Positions 30,848-47,541 of a DNA stretch of 64,000 nucleotides are shown here, piece after piece. The stretch lies in assembly GCA_964016885.1 (NCBI GenBank), contig OZ024749.1:43338001-43402000 (forward strand), written 5' to 3'. Origin of the DNA: Eledone cirrhosa. Lineage: Eukaryota. Position 1 is the first letter of the stretch. Every line of letters begins with the position of its first letter. The notes below the pieces were generated by a model. That model was not told the origin of the DNA and ran no database searches. It saw only the letters and a list, made by a program, of their open reading frames with translations. Made by a program: the position numbers and the translations under genes.

Positions 30848-32152
30848 TATTACAAGTATTTTACAACTTCCACGCAAAGTTTGGATATGGTGTTGATAGT
30901 AAAAAAAAACGTAGAAATCTCAAATAGTCTTGACATAAAGGTTTCCCTATACGAATCAGCTTCCCTATATTGCTCAATTGAATGAAATTTCTTTAATTGG
31001 TAGATCCACAATGGGCATATACACACCCTTTCCAAGAGTCAGAGAATATACAGCTTTCTGATAAACCGTCCCGTTTGTCCCACGCTGAAAACAACTCAAT
31101 ATGACTCGTTTGAATTCTTCAGATTTTTGTATTGTAAAATCTATTCACGTTGATTGGATGTATTCGGTATCGGCTGATAAATAGTTATGAACATTCTGAA
31201 CCTCAGATCATTTTTCTCTGAGGCTGAGCACAATTTTGTTGGTCAGAAACAATAAATTACATCATAAAAATTGGAAGTTATTTCTATGGTTCAGTTATTT
31301 CTATGGTTCACATATATCAAGAAATTACGTCGGTGTTATGATCATTGTCGTAAGACAGATCTATATCTACAATCTGCAAAATCACGGAGATTGCAGAATA
31401 AGTTTAAAATTGAAATGTCTTCTATTAATTTCCTATGTGTCAGCATAAACAGTTGGGTGTGTGATGTATTATGAAGAGGACTACTACTACGGCGCAGCTT
31501 TTTTCTTTCCGTTTACAATATAAGAATGGATCTAATTTCCTTCATAGATGAAAGATGTGATATGTCACAAGAAGTGCTAGGCATGGAACATTCGCAACTT
31601 CCATATGTGACGCATTCTAATTTCCTTTCTGTCAAACTGTTGCACCTGTCGACAGATGATGCAGATATTTGAAAATATCTGAGAGAAGCCTCCTTCATTA
31701 AAAATTATATACGCTATTCCAACAAGAAATATTCATTCAACGTTCACTAATCATTCCGTTATTCATATCTATAAGCCACGAGGAAAACTTTAGGTAAGGT
31801 CAATAGACTAGGGTTTATAGAATCAGGGGTAATAAATTGGTATTTGATCTGAGGGCTTTTGGTGTGGATTTAAACAATTTAATATTCAGCGATTTCAAAA
31901 TAATGAGTTATGCATGCGACGAAGACTTGTCCGCCAAAATACATAAATATGTACCTGGACAGACTTTTATGATGGTCATGAGCAAAGATGATTAAAAATA
32001 TTCCGGATTTGACTATTACATGATTTTCCTATATCCGGTCTAAATTATCTATGTGTTTGTTATTCTTTTCAGCCATCAAGGTATAATCTTGGAGAAATTT
32101 GGTTTTATTTGTAACGGTTTCTCACGTTAGCACTTGTGTTTGTATATCTATA

Positions 32153-32191
<39 letters not shown>

Positions 32192-32207
32192 ATATATATG
32201 TATGTGA

Positions 32208-32379
32208 GTCCTAGTTTCAATCGGGGTTAACCACAGTTAGTAAGGTACTGAATACATTGGTAGAGTGTAAAATTCATGTAAAATTCATGTTTATAATAGA
32301 AATGGCTTCTACAGGACTTCCCTGATAATGTCTTTAGAATGAAACAGTTCTAGTACTGTGGAAGCTATTTCTATATTAT
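32208..32379. mobile_element. Family C fold-back element (diverged copy)
   Basis: Homologous to 59961-60145; short left arm 32293-32318; decayed CTGATAA...GAAAC...GTA core. Confidence 0.75.
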
Positions 32380-32390
32380 GTATATATGTT

Positions 32391-32523
<133 letters not shown>

Positions 32524-32707
32524 CTGCGTCTGTGTGCATTATTTATTCATTATTATGACTTGTACACTAAAAGGTTTAAGATTAGCCGTTGAAAGCTAGG
32601 ATAACGCCATAATAGCATAAGAATTATAATACATTAACGTCACTTTTTAATTAGAGGGTATTTTTTTCCTTTTCGTTTATTGTTTTACTATATGTACATA
32701 GATACAT

Positions 32708-32816
<109 letters not shown>

Positions 32817-32900
32817 AGTGTGTGTGTGTGTGTGTGTGTTCTATATGTATGCATGCATGTATGTATGTATGAATATATATATATATATAATGTATATATT

Positions 32901-32931
<31 letters not shown>

Positions 32932-32979
32932 AAATAAATATATATATAATGTATATATATGTGTGCAAATAAATATATA

Positions 32980-33015
<36 letters not shown>

Positions 33016-33018
<3 letters not shown>

Positions 33019-33154
33019 CGAAGGAAATGTGGTAAGGAACCAGGTGGACCATAACGCACCAAAGTACTCAATACTTGAGGTAGTAGAGTGGGTAATAGGA
33101 ACCAGTAAGACCCCGACAGCTGAGCTCAAGCCGTTTCGACGGCTAATTCTGGAC

Positions 33155-33158
<4 letters not shown>
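33016..33158 (-). mobile_element. Family B, arm plus tail, no inversion
   Basis: Reverse complement of 61565-61707 with few differences; TA tracts on both sides. Confidence 0.9.
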
Positions 33159-33238
<80 letters not shown>

Positions 33239-34336
33239 TGGAGTTTTATGTACGTGTCAGTGCGTTTGTGGAAAAATTTAGTTTCGATCTCGCCTCACAT
33301 AGATAAAAAGACAAGAGTCGTTAAGAGAGTATTGTAGTTATGCAATTTCCTTTCATTTTGTTTTATGCTTATTCTTATGAATGCTCACACGTAAACAATT
33401 TCACCACTTCACGGCGACCAAACAATTATCCGGCTTCGAACTTTTACTCAATAATATAAATTGATATAATGTGACAAACTTATGACAATGATCGTGCCTG
33501 ACTATTGAAAACGAAGCAGTCTAAAAGCAAAGCATGTATTTCGTTCACATGTAACACAGGTAGATATTTATTGATGCAGTAAATTCGCAACGATGTGAAA
33601 GTTGCTTTAAGCACTCGCAACGATTATACATGACTCGATATCAAATGAGAATTACGATGAATCATTCGCGAAGCACGTTGCAATGACGTGTTTAGTATAA
33701 TTTTCTGTGTTCAATGAAATGGAATAAAATTGAATAAAACTATAAAGCAATCAAATACACGGACAACCAGCATTAAAGAATAGAATAACGCACATGTAAA
33801 ATAAATATAGTAAGAGCAATGAAGAGGAGCTCTCAGTAGTGCTTCCCAATAAGTCAAAATATATAATTGATTTTGGTTAAGATGTGGAGACAATTATATA
33901 TTTATGTAAGACTTTAACTGAACAACTCAAGGAAAAACTCTTGCAAAAAATGAGAGCTTCATGTCATATTCTTTATTAATTTTGTAATGCTTTAGTGCCA
34001 TCAAATTCTAGATTGCGGTCATACTGGGGCACAGACTACAGGAAATTTAGAAAATCATATTGACCCAAGTACTTGTTTAGTCTAATACAGTTTGACGAAC
34101 AGCTAATTTATAGGGCAGAAATAGTGAGTAAATGGAAACACAAATACGGATATTCACACAGAAATGCACACACACACACCCTTACACAACATGCCACCCG
34201 TTGGGAAAATTGAATGCTCCAACATAGGAACGTGGGCCTATTGAAATAACCATTAGATCGTGCGCTTTTATAAAATACGAAAAAAGTCTTACTGAAATAG
34301 CATGTTATTAAAAAGCGGAGCGAAGGAACGTGATTG

Positions 34337-34380
34337 GGAGAGAGAGAGAGAGAGAGGGGGGGAAACAAAGAGAGGGAAAC

Positions 34381-34426
<46 letters not shown>

Positions 34427-34453
34427 ACAGAGAGAAAGAGATGGACAGAAAGG

Positions 34454-34517
<64 letters not shown>

Positions 34518-34609
34518 GAAACAGAGAGAAAGAGACAGACAGAAAGGAAGAAAGAAAGAGAGAGAGAGAGAGCGAGAGAGGGGGGAAACAGAGAGAAAGA
34601 GACAGACAA

Positions 34610-34687
<78 letters not shown>

Positions 34688-34702
34688 CAGAAAGGAAGAA
34701 TG
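34337..34702. repeat. GA-rich polypurine array with higher-order unit (GGGGGGAAACAGAGAGAAAGAGACAGAC...)
   Basis: Direct reading. Confidence 0.9.
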
Positions 34703-35053
34703 AAAGATATTGATAAGAAAAGAGATTGAATTGAAGGCAGAGAATTGTTCAGGTGAAGAAGAGAGATGTGGTGACACGTTCTAAGTTTATGAGACTCACA
34801 CTCAGCCACTTGAATTGATAAACATCTGTAAAGATTTATCTCCCTTTGGGTTCATTCAAGGACTTTGGTATATGATCATGAAAGATAGAACAAAGGGATA
34901 AAATAAAACATTGTGAAATATCTTTATCTGGATTTCTATTTGTCACGCTTCTGTAATTTGATTCAATCAACTGAGACTTTTACGTTCATTGTCGTGTTAA
35001 ACATCTAAGAAGAGAACGGTTAGTAAGGTTCACAGAAGTACATATGTATACAA

Positions 35054-35087
<34 letters not shown>

Positions 35088-35268
35088 GCGCACACGCACA
35101 CACACACGCGCGCGCGCACATACACACAGACACATACATACACATATATATATAGAGAGAGAGATAGATGAATAGATAGTAGAGAGAGAGAGAGTGTATG
35201 TGAGTGCATGTGATGGGAAATATTGCGCATGTTGTGCACATTACGAGCACACGAAGTATACATATATT

Positions 35269-35303
<35 letters not shown>

Positions 35304-35360
35304 TTATGTGTATATATATATATATATATATTTATGTGTATATATATATATATATATATT

Positions 35361-35399
<39 letters not shown>

Positions 35400-35424
35400 G
35401 TGTGTATATATATATATATATATA

Positions 35425-35526
35425 TAGGAACGAGTAGGACCCCGACGGCTGAGCTCAAGCCGTTTCGACGTCCAGAATTAGCCGTCGAAACGGCTTGAGC
35501 TCAGGTTCCTTACCACATTTCCTTCG

Positions 35527-35529
<3 letters not shown>
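35425..35529 (+). mobile_element. Family B, inverted arm plus internally deleted sense copy
   Basis: Reverse-complement arm 35425-35470, sense arm to CTCAG, then a jump to GTTCCTTACCACATTTCCTTCGTTA. Confidence 0.85.
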
Positions 35530-35570
<41 letters not shown>

Positions 35571-35673
35571 TCTTATATATATATATATTTATATATATAT
35601 ATTTGTATATATATTTATGTGTATATATATATATATATATGTGTATATATATATATATATATATACATGTAAT

Positions 35674-35905
35674 GACGGCGTATGGCTTAGTGGTTAGAGC
35701 ATTGGGCTTGCAATTGAGAGATTGTGAGTTCGATTCACGGAGTTGCGAGGTCACTGGTGTCAAGCTGTATCGGCCATAGCCTTTCCCTTGAATACATCGT
35801 TGGCGTGGAGAGGGGGGACTGGTCTTCCACAAAAACAAACCTTGCCCGGGAGGGAAGCTTTCTAGGTGCAAAACCATGGTGATTCTTGATCTAGTGGGGC
35901 CAAAG
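35674..35905 (+). mobile_element. tRNA-derived SINE (second family)
   Basis: A box TGGCTTAGTGG, B box GAGTTCGATTC; body shared with 24006-24227. Confidence 0.75.
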
Positions 35906-35933
35906 CAAATATATATATATATATAAATAAATC

Positions 35934-36078
35934 AACGAAAGTGTGGTAAGAAACAAGGTGGACCATAACGCACCAGTGTACTCGATACTTAGGGTAGTAG
36001 AGTGGGTAATAGGAAAAGAGTCAGGACCCCGACGGCTAACGTCCAGCCGTTTCGACAGCTAGATCCAAACTCTTTTCC

Positions 36079-36080
<2 letters not shown>
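35934..36080 (-). mobile_element. Family B variant B2 with a 12-bp inverted arm
   Basis: ACTCTTTTCCTA (36069-36080) is the reverse complement of TAGGAAAAGAGT (36010-36021). Confidence 0.85.
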
Positions 36081-36113
<33 letters not shown>

Positions 36114-36813
36114 CATGGTTCTGCATCACTTTACATATATGTTTATGTGTGCATGATTGAATATATATGTGTATATATATATATTCATATATGTAAGTAT
36201 GTTGTGCAGTGCACGTATAAATAGATAGATGTTTTTAGTCAGATTACCCGATAGCATATTAACATATTTGAGAGGACAGTGTAAGAGTTAGATCGAAATC
36301 ATGAAAAACCTTACATTATAACGGGCAGGTGTACAGCTAATGATGGAAGAGCAATCATAATTCAATTATTAGATTACAATAATGACTTAAAGAAGAAGAA
36401 AAAAACTGCAATAAGTAACAATGTATAATGATGGACAAAGAGGAATAAAGAAAGGACTGGTCGATAATATCTAAACGAAACAAAAGGAAAGCCATACATT
36501 GTGTTATACAATATTTCCGAATATTTTGTACAAACATCGTTCATGTTATAACAATAATCAATATAATTAAATATCGATCTATTGAGTTTAAAGGCAAGGA
36601 GATATAAAACTGATTTCAATTATGTGTTATTAATATTCTGTTTATTTCTCATAAATCGGCTTTAATTAGCTTATATGAAGTTTATTATAGTGTGTGAAGT
36701 ATATTATTGTTTTTTTTGTTTTATTTCATTTTATTTTACTGTTTCTCTCTATTAATTTGTAGGCAGTAGTTTCGTTTGGTTCGGTTTGGTTTGGTTTGGG
36801 AACTACACGCTGT

Positions 36814-36973
36814 AAGGCAGGAACCTAGCAAACTTGTTAAGGCGTCAGATTAAACGCATCATCATTTATTGCCGCTCACTACGCTTTCAGTTCAAATCCC
36901 ATCAAAGTCAACTTTGCTTTACATGCTTTCGTGGTCGATAAATAAAATACAAGTGTAGTACTAGTGTTGATCC
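36814..36973 (+). mobile_element. Degenerate SINE A
   Basis: CAGTTCAAATCCC..GTCAACTTTGCTTTACATGCTTTCGTGGTCGATAAA. Confidence 0.65.
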
Positions 36974-37214
36974 ATACTCTATCTGTATTTATCATTCTCC
37001 TCTCGAAGAAATCGGCTCTTTTATGGCATAGAATGGGCTGGGTTCTGCCAAATTTAAAATGCTCAAGATATGTGTCGGGATGGCACTGCTATGGATATAT
37101 GAGAACTTAAGAGGTATTTTCTATTTCATTTACTGCATCTTGTAAATTTTTGAGTGGGGGTTATTCAGCACTTCAACAGAAATATATTTTCTGTAACCAT
37201 AATGTTTTTACTGG

Positions 37215-37535
37215 ACATCCATCGGTTACGGGAACGGCTGTGCTCGTTGTATGATTAACGTAACAAACTGCTCGGGAAATTAACACGTGTGTGACTGAAT
37301 ATTTTACAGACACGTGTACTCTTAACGTAGCCCCCAGAGAAATTCAGCATGGCCCACTGTGTTAAAAAGCTGGTCCCTTGAACAGCAGTTGCAACTCATT
37401 TTCTCCCAGCTGAGTGGATTGAAGCTATGTAAAATATAGTGTCGTACTCAAGGACAAAACCTTCCGCCAGTAATCGAACATACGAGCTTACGATCTGGAA
37501 CCAAACATCCGAACCTATAAGCCAAGTGTGTCCAC
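37215..37535 (-). mobile_element. Degenerate CORE-like tRNA SINE
   Basis: GTAAAATATAGTGTCGTACTCAAGGACA...AATCGAAC resembles 54610-54727. Confidence 0.6.
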
Positions 37536-38392
37536 AAGCCAACATGTCACATGAAATTAAAAACATTCAGCCTACGACGTTGTAAATGTTTGCTATATCT
37601 GCTGTCATTTTCAAAATGGAGCTTTGGTCTCAGGAGACCAACAGTTTAGCTATCAACCCGATATTTTATATCCTTGACTAATACAATTATTGGTTCTATC
37701 TAGAAATGGTTCACTATAAATTCAAAAAGTTCACTAACTTAATACAATGTCAAATAAATCACTGCATAGATGAAATAAATGTCACCCAGTGTATTTCCTA
37801 TAATATAGATATTCTTATAATGTTCTAAATAAGTAGCTTATTTTTATTTTATGTGTTTTTAGTGTTTAGTCCTTTTAGCATTTATTCCTTTATAATACAT
37901 TATTTTATGAGTAGCAAACTATATGTGAATGCTGAAAGGATTTATTTATTTATTTGTCGTCTTTCTTCTAGTTGTTTTGCCTGAGATTAAACCTATTCAT
38001 TGATACATGTACAACCACTTTAACCAAACCGTATGTTTGTTCAATGCAATCAAATGAAATACGAAAAGGCGACATATTGAGAAATAAGAGTGATATATCA
38101 ATAACTTCACCAGCTTCACACACTGTTGCCATCTACATCATCATAGATAAGGAAAGAAACAACAGCAATTGCGAAAAACTCACGGAGACCACTTTTTTCA
38201 CATCCTCTGTGGCCATAGAAACATGTGTGATCGCATGAGCTACTAGAAATAACAACCAAATATTTCTTCACATCACACTATTTTTAAAAGGAGAGAACAT
38301 CTTGTATTCGACAATGATGAATTTATTGATTCTTTTAATGAATATCGAGATATACCACACATTCTATTGGTATCAATCGCACGAGATATAAT

Positions 38393-38605
38393 AATCTCTG
38401 ATTCAAGCACAGGGCTAACAATTTGGGGACGGGGAAAGTCGATAAACCGACCCTAGTGCGTTACTGGTACTTTATTTTGACTACCTCGTAATGATGAAAG
38501 GCAGTACTAACCTCGGCGGTATGTGAAATAAGAATGTAACGGGCCGTAACTCTATGACGCGAACTATGACGTCCGACGCTCTACCTATACTGCCAACTGA
38601 CTACC
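38393..38605 (-). mobile_element. SINE A, diverged long form
   Basis: Contains GGGGAAAGTCGATAAACCGACCC and the family A body. Confidence 0.8.
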
Positions 38606-38742
38606 ATAATCACACGCTATATGATATAATATAGGCAGATCTATAGAATGTAATTCTTTAATTCCACTTCATTTAGATTCCTCTGTCAACCGATTTATAG
38701 GAGATTAATCGTCAGCTCATAATGAAGTCAACTTTTCATTAC

Positions 38743-38820
38743 CTGTTGGTAACAATGGTGTCTCATCCCAACTGGTAAATGTGTATTTCAGTTCGGTAAT
38801 ATTAGATTTAAATTGCTTCA
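38743..38820 (-). other. Candidate 78-nt phase 1-1 exon (xKQFKSNITELKYTFTSWDETPLLPT)
   Basis: TTGCAG acceptor (weak pyrimidine tract), CAG|GTAATG donor, open frame; no recognised homology. Confidence 0.2.
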
Positions 38821-38994
38821 CTGCAAGCAATGCTCCCTAGCTTATCGTAAGGCTACAAGTTCTAGCGAGGTAGAATCTAATTAGGATTAAGGATTTAGTT
38901 TATCGACAACGTAAAATTGAACGTCAAAGACAAGATGGCCACCTACTATACTCACAATGTAAATGAACGTGACTAAATACTGCATAAAAATAAT

Positions 38995-39175
38995 TGTTTC
39001 TACTTTTGGCACAAGGCCAGCAATTACCCAGTGTATTACTGGTACTTTATTTTATCGACCCCATAAGGATGAAAGGCAAAGTTAACCTCGCCGGGATTTG
39101 AACTCAGAATAGCAAGGGCCGTAACTCTATGCGTCAAAGCAAAGCATGGCGTCCGACCCTCTACCGATACTGCCA
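38995..39175 (-). mobile_element. SINE A, short form with TSD
   Basis: TSD ATAAAAATAAT at 38984-38994 and 39176-39186. Confidence 0.9.
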
Positions 39176-39444
39176 ATAAAAATAATGATAGGCTGCATCA
39201 ATACTGCTACACACCTTCTTAAACTGACACGTTTGATATACGGATAATATGCTTGCTCAGTCACATAAATAAGTGTGAAGTAAAAGTGAAGCCGATCAGA
39301 GTGTTAAGTTCTCACTGAATATATTTTAGTATGAAGACGGCTGCTGTGAAGATGAAAGTTTTTATTTGGCCATAAATATATCGCAATATTTTTCATTTGA
39401 ATACAATCTGCTAAATTTCATCATACATATGGCAGTTGAAAAGA

Positions 39445-39499
<55 letters not shown>

Positions 39500-39608
39500 A
39501 ATATATATTTAAATATATATATATTGTATATAAATATATATATATATACCAATCTCTCCTCTCCTATCTCTATCTCTCTATTTAAGATTGGTTCACTCTT
39601 GAACTGTG

Positions 39609-39696
<88 letters not shown>

Positions 39697-39851
39697 GTAT
39701 ATATGTATGTATGTATAAATATATATATATATGTATGTAAGTACGTATATATATATATAAATATATATATATGTATAAATAAATATATATATACATCATA
39801 TAAATATATATATCATATATAAATATATAAATATATATATATATATACATA

Positions 39852-39883
<32 letters not shown>

Positions 39884-39902
39884 CATATATAAATATATAT
39901 AT

Positions 39903-39939
<37 letters not shown>

Positions 39940-40058
39940 TCATATATATATATATATATATATTTATACAATATATATATATATACAAATATATATATAT
40001 AAATAAATATTATATATATCAATATATTATATATATATATATATATGTGTGTGTGTCT

Positions 40059-40095
<37 letters not shown>

Positions 40096-40988
40096 CAGAT
40101 CTGTTGAATTAATATTTCAATTTACTTCTGAACAATTTTCAACACCTGGAATCAATTTCAGCTGAGAGCAGCTCAAACATCTTGATAATTCAAGTCAATC
40201 ATCAGAATTGTGACCATTAACCTACTATTTACGTCCACCAATTGCACTCTTTAGTTTTAGATAAAATTCAATATGTAGCAATGTTTGAAAACTGTGATTG
40301 AGAGACAACTACCAGTCAAACACCAGTCTGTGTTATGATTTCTGCTTCATAGCAGTTCTCCACTTAAATTGAATTTTCTCCTCACAAATAACTATTATCT
40401 GATTTCTGAACTCATAATAAAATTCTAATTGCTTACCGGTTCTTTAAGTTTATTGCTTGCTACTATTCTCAACAGATGTATGTCGTACTTCACCTGTCTT
40501 TGAGGCTGTGCCAAATAAACCTAACACTATGTTTCATAACTATATCTGTTAAAAGTTGTAAAGTTTTCTAGGTCTCTCAGCGGGCTTCAATATTTATGTA
40601 TTTGTCGTTCTCATAAACTAACAAACTCCACGTACTATAGCAGCATTAATAAATCAAATTTCTCATTTCTCACTTAGCTCCAATTTGCACAATTGGAATA
40701 GATGCGCAACGAATTGCTATGTTGCCCACAGACCATTTCGTCCTAACACGAATTCCCACACATACATACAATGTGTCATACATACCTCAATCTTTTAGTT
40801 GTACAAACGTAGACACATTTCGTATTTGAGTTGTCTCTATCTCTCTTTAAACAAGTATATATTCGTACGCGGGCTTACAAAGATTATTACACATTCATTT
40901 ATGAAGATATATATGCTTGCTTGTGCCCCTGTGAGCGGATAAACGTCTTCAAAAATAGTCATGTATATGTTCAGATCAGATGCATGTG

Positions 40989-41069
<81 letters not shown>

Positions 41070-42153
41070 CACATCGGGGTGGGGACATACGTATGCGCAC
41101 GTGTGTACATGTATGTATGCAGCTAAACAACTATACATTATCTAAGGATATGTAATTTTATTTTATATGGTATCAATTATATTAGAGACATCATCGATTC
41201 AATATATATATATGTGTGTGTGTGTGTATATATATAATACATTATACATATACATATATATATATTATAAGTATTATATATACATATGTGTGTGTTATGT
41301 ATGTATTCGTATGGAAGTATCAAGTAACTCTACGAAGACATCTACATTTTATATTGAGCTGATATCGTCAATAAAATATTATCAAATACAATGAAAATAG
41401 TAATTCTTACATTATGGAGCGCTGAAACCTTACAGATATAAAAAAACAATAATGTTATGCTGTACCTGAATCTATATCCCCGGGACATATACGATACACG
41501 TTAAGTGGAGTAGAGAGAATAATTATGACTGACCTGATCAATATAAAGGTAACTGGATAATGTTAATATATTACTTACCTTGTTATATCCTGCTACACAT
41601 TTTATCTTTAGCTAAAGATAAAATTTTATACTTACGCACTGCGGAAGGAATATTTTTATTGTTAGTATCGCGGTTTAGTAACTAGTTAACCACGATTGTG
41701 TAGGAATATTATAGGAAATATATACATGTTATATAGGAAAATTATAGACATTGTCGAACATATTTAAAAGCATTTTTATATTTGTATCGACAGGGGAAAC
41801 ATGACAATACAGACGGCACTAGTTGGAAAAGTGTTTGGGAAAAAAATCATCATATCTGAGATTTGGGTCGAATACTAGGAAAAGGGGGAAGTTCTGTTAA
41901 GTGGCCCATGAAGCGGATAGTTATGTTAAACCAGATATCAGTTCAAGTACACAAACCGTACAGGCCACAGGGAGAATTGAATTCAGGACGTAATGAGCCG
42001 GGACAAACAGCAAAAGGCATTTTGTTGGATGCTCTAACGCTTCTTTCATCGGTTTGTATATTACATGAAGAACATTATTGTTAACTTTGTTCTTCTTATA
42101 TTTAGTCGACAGTAAAATTTTAATGGTTATTTTACTGCTAAACCTTACATAAT

Positions 42154-42339
42154 TGTTTCTACTTTTGGCACAAGGCCAGCAATTACCCAGTACATTACTG
42201 GTACTTTATTTTATCGACCCCGTAAGGATGAAAGGCAAAGTTAACCTCGGCACGATTTGAACTGAGAATGGCAAGAGGCGTAACTCTATGCGTCAAAGCA
42301 TAGTGTCCGACCCTCTACCGATACTGCCAATCCACCGCC
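42154..42339 (-). mobile_element. SINE A, full short form with TSD
   Basis: TSD TAAACCTTACATAAT at 42139-42153 and 42340-42354. Confidence 0.92.
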
Positions 42340-42427
42340 TAAACCTTACATAATGTCACACAACCAGCCTAATAAATGATTACACCTATTTTATGAAGGA
42401 CCAGGTGTGATGATTTGCTTTCCAACG

Positions 42428-44160
<1,733 letters not shown>

Positions 44161-44927
44161 CACGGTAGCCGATATTTCTTTGTTGTCACGGACTGTTGCA
44201 TTCCTAATTGCATATTTATGCTGGACAATAATAATTTCCTAACCTTTTATGGTGAATACTCACCCGTAAAATCAATGTTGGTCGTTGACGAGGACAATAG
44301 AAGAAATAGCAATTAGAATACGGAACGTTTCCATTAGGCCGCTTCGGCAATACTCAACTATTGCTGCTGTGGTGAACATATCTATTCAATTGGTGGAGAC
44401 ATTCCGGCCATCCTCATTTCATCTGTCGTCCATGTTACAGTGGAAATATAATCAATCATCGTATAGAAAAAACAACATTATTGCAGTATAAAGGCTTTGA
44501 TCTGAATAAATACGTACAACAATTTTCTCTCCGGGATATTATTGTAACAAATAGACCTCCAGTCATAACTATTTACTGATTTTTGATGTATCGCACGTCT
44601 ATTTTTCTCTTATGTTGACTACTATATATTATGTATATAAAAGCTTCCTTGTTGTTCTTCTTGTTATTGTACTAGTTGTTATTGTTATTGTTATTAAACA
44701 CGTTAAACTTCGAGAGAAGAATAATAGTTTAGGAAACTGGCGATAATTCTTACCAATATAGAAGAATAAAATTTATTGCATTTTTGTTATTTTAGATTCT
44801 GTTATATATATATATATATAAGTGAAACAAACAACACATAGGAAGTAAAATTACACAGGTTCATGCTTGGTTATATATATATACATATATGTGCATATAT
44901 ATATATATATATTTACATTTATATACA

Positions 44928-45027
<100 letters not shown>

Positions 45028-46132
45028 TATATATATATATTAATATATATATTAATATATATATATATATTAATATATATATATCAAACCACGAAGTACG
45101 GATTTTTATTGCTTTTGATGTTACTCTATTCCACATTCTCTTATTTGTTAAATATTAAATGTTATTTCCGATGAATGTACTTTTATTAATACAAACCTGT
45201 CTTAAATGTTCAATAGTGAACAACTATTTATAGATCAGCACAAATGTCTTAATACTGTGCAATAGATTATTTTCTTTTTGTATATATACACCATATATAC
45301 AAGGATCACAATCATTGAGCACCATGTTTGTTTGGTTTAATATGGATCACTAATAATGCGACACGCACCATTTTTAAACTGGTGTATGTACTAACGAATT
45401 GTACTCTATCTGCAACCTGTCATGAAACTATTCAAGGTGAAGTATCTAAATGTTAGTTACAGCTATACCCCTTACACAATAATCATTATAGTGCATAAGT
45501 TAGCAATGCCACATCAGACAGGCTCCACAAATAGAAACGCCAGTACATCTGCGCTCAGTCTATCGTGAAATATCTAAATGATAGTATATAAATCCGAAGT
45601 CTTTTCAACCAAAGCAAAGAGATCGATAGCGCTAAACACGACATGAACATAACATCAGATATGTTCACACAACACCGATTTAATCATATTTCCTCTTCTA
45701 CCTCATGCATGCTGAAAAGTTGAATTCACATTTCTCAAATCAAAATATACCTGACATTAAATAAACACAACACTGATAATTTCATATTAAATGGAAGAAG
45801 CAGGAGTAAAACATTTCTTATATAAATTGTACAAAAAGATGCACATCATGCCGACAAAACCAACTCCGTAAAAATTCTGCGATTTACCCAAACGCGGGTT
45901 GAGAATAGAGGTAACACTTCGACAGATTCTTGTAGTAACATGCTTCATCAAACCCGAATTATAGAAATAAGGATGACGAAAGCATTATAGTCGTGGATCT
46001 TGTTACCTAAAGATACAGGTAGTATTAAAATATGAGAATGTACGTCACTATAGAATTAAACTCCTCTATTCTATGTATTACTTAATATAATTCATCACAA
46101 TACTCTTGACATAAGATATATCAATAGTCATG

Positions 46133-46228
46133 GTCCGATAAAATAAAGTACCAGTGATACACTGGGGTCTATATAATCGACTTTTTCTTCCTCCTAGATT
46201 ACTGGCCTTGTGCTCAGATTAGAAATAG
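46133..46228 (+). mobile_element. SINE A, 3' fragment of long form
   Basis: CGATAAAATAAAGTACCAGT...AATCGACT...CTGGCCTTGTGC. Confidence 0.75.
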
Positions 46229-46952
46229 CAGGCATTTATTTACCTTTCTCTAAACCTTTATCTCTATATTTCGATCTTTCTTTAAGTGTTGAGAGTAGAT
46301 ACATTTTACAATGTAGTTTTATATATACAAAATATGCTAATAGGCTCATTACACAAACCATAACAAAACCCGGTAGGCGGTGTTTTTTTATATTATAACA
46401 TAGTTGCAGTATATATGTATGTTTATTGGTGTTTGACTTAAGTGGTGTTTATTTTATTGCATGATAATGAAACCATTTACCATAACAGTGAGGAGTATCA
46501 GCAAGTGTATATTTATGCACAACCATTAACATTTGTTCAAATAGACATAAAGACTCATGTTTACACACCAGAAAAACAAATTTCAGTGATGAATTTCTAA
46601 TCAGGTACTTTGAGAGACAGATATCTGCCCTGTATTCACTATATGAACGAGAAATAACCCGCAATGTTCCCACTGGGTAACGTATCCAATGTTTGTGCAC
46701 ACATATTCCCACTAATATCAAACATAGATACATACATACATGCACTTCTATATATATATATATGTGTGTGTGTGTGCTTAAGTGGATATATAAATTTATT
46801 ATATTAAATTATATATTAAACAGGCGAAGTATACGCTAAATATGTATGTTATATATACACATTAACACATTAACACAGTGCTGGTTAAAATATGTTTTGT
46901 ATAACATACATATTTAACGTATACTTCGCCTGTATATATATATAAAATATAC

Positions 46953-47046
<94 letters not shown>

Positions 47047-47234
47047 ATAAAATCTAAAGCTAATAAATATATACACGCATCGTTCCACACATGAATATAT
47101 ATATACATACGTGCGTAAGTAAGTGCGCGGAAAGTATCAATGTATAGACTTACATGCATTATATATATGACTACAATAAATATATAAATAAATAAATAAA
47201 TAAATAAATATATATATTTAGTAGCTTTAGATTT

Positions 47235-47541
<307 letters not shown>

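Noticed and set aside
30850-32050. Complex sequence with short ORFs (possible transposase relic)
   Set aside because: No motif could be recognised with confidence.
35674-35750. Possible tRNA gene (also the SINE A heads)
   Set aside because: A and B boxes are present but there is no acceptor-stem pairing, and the sequence continues into a SINE body.
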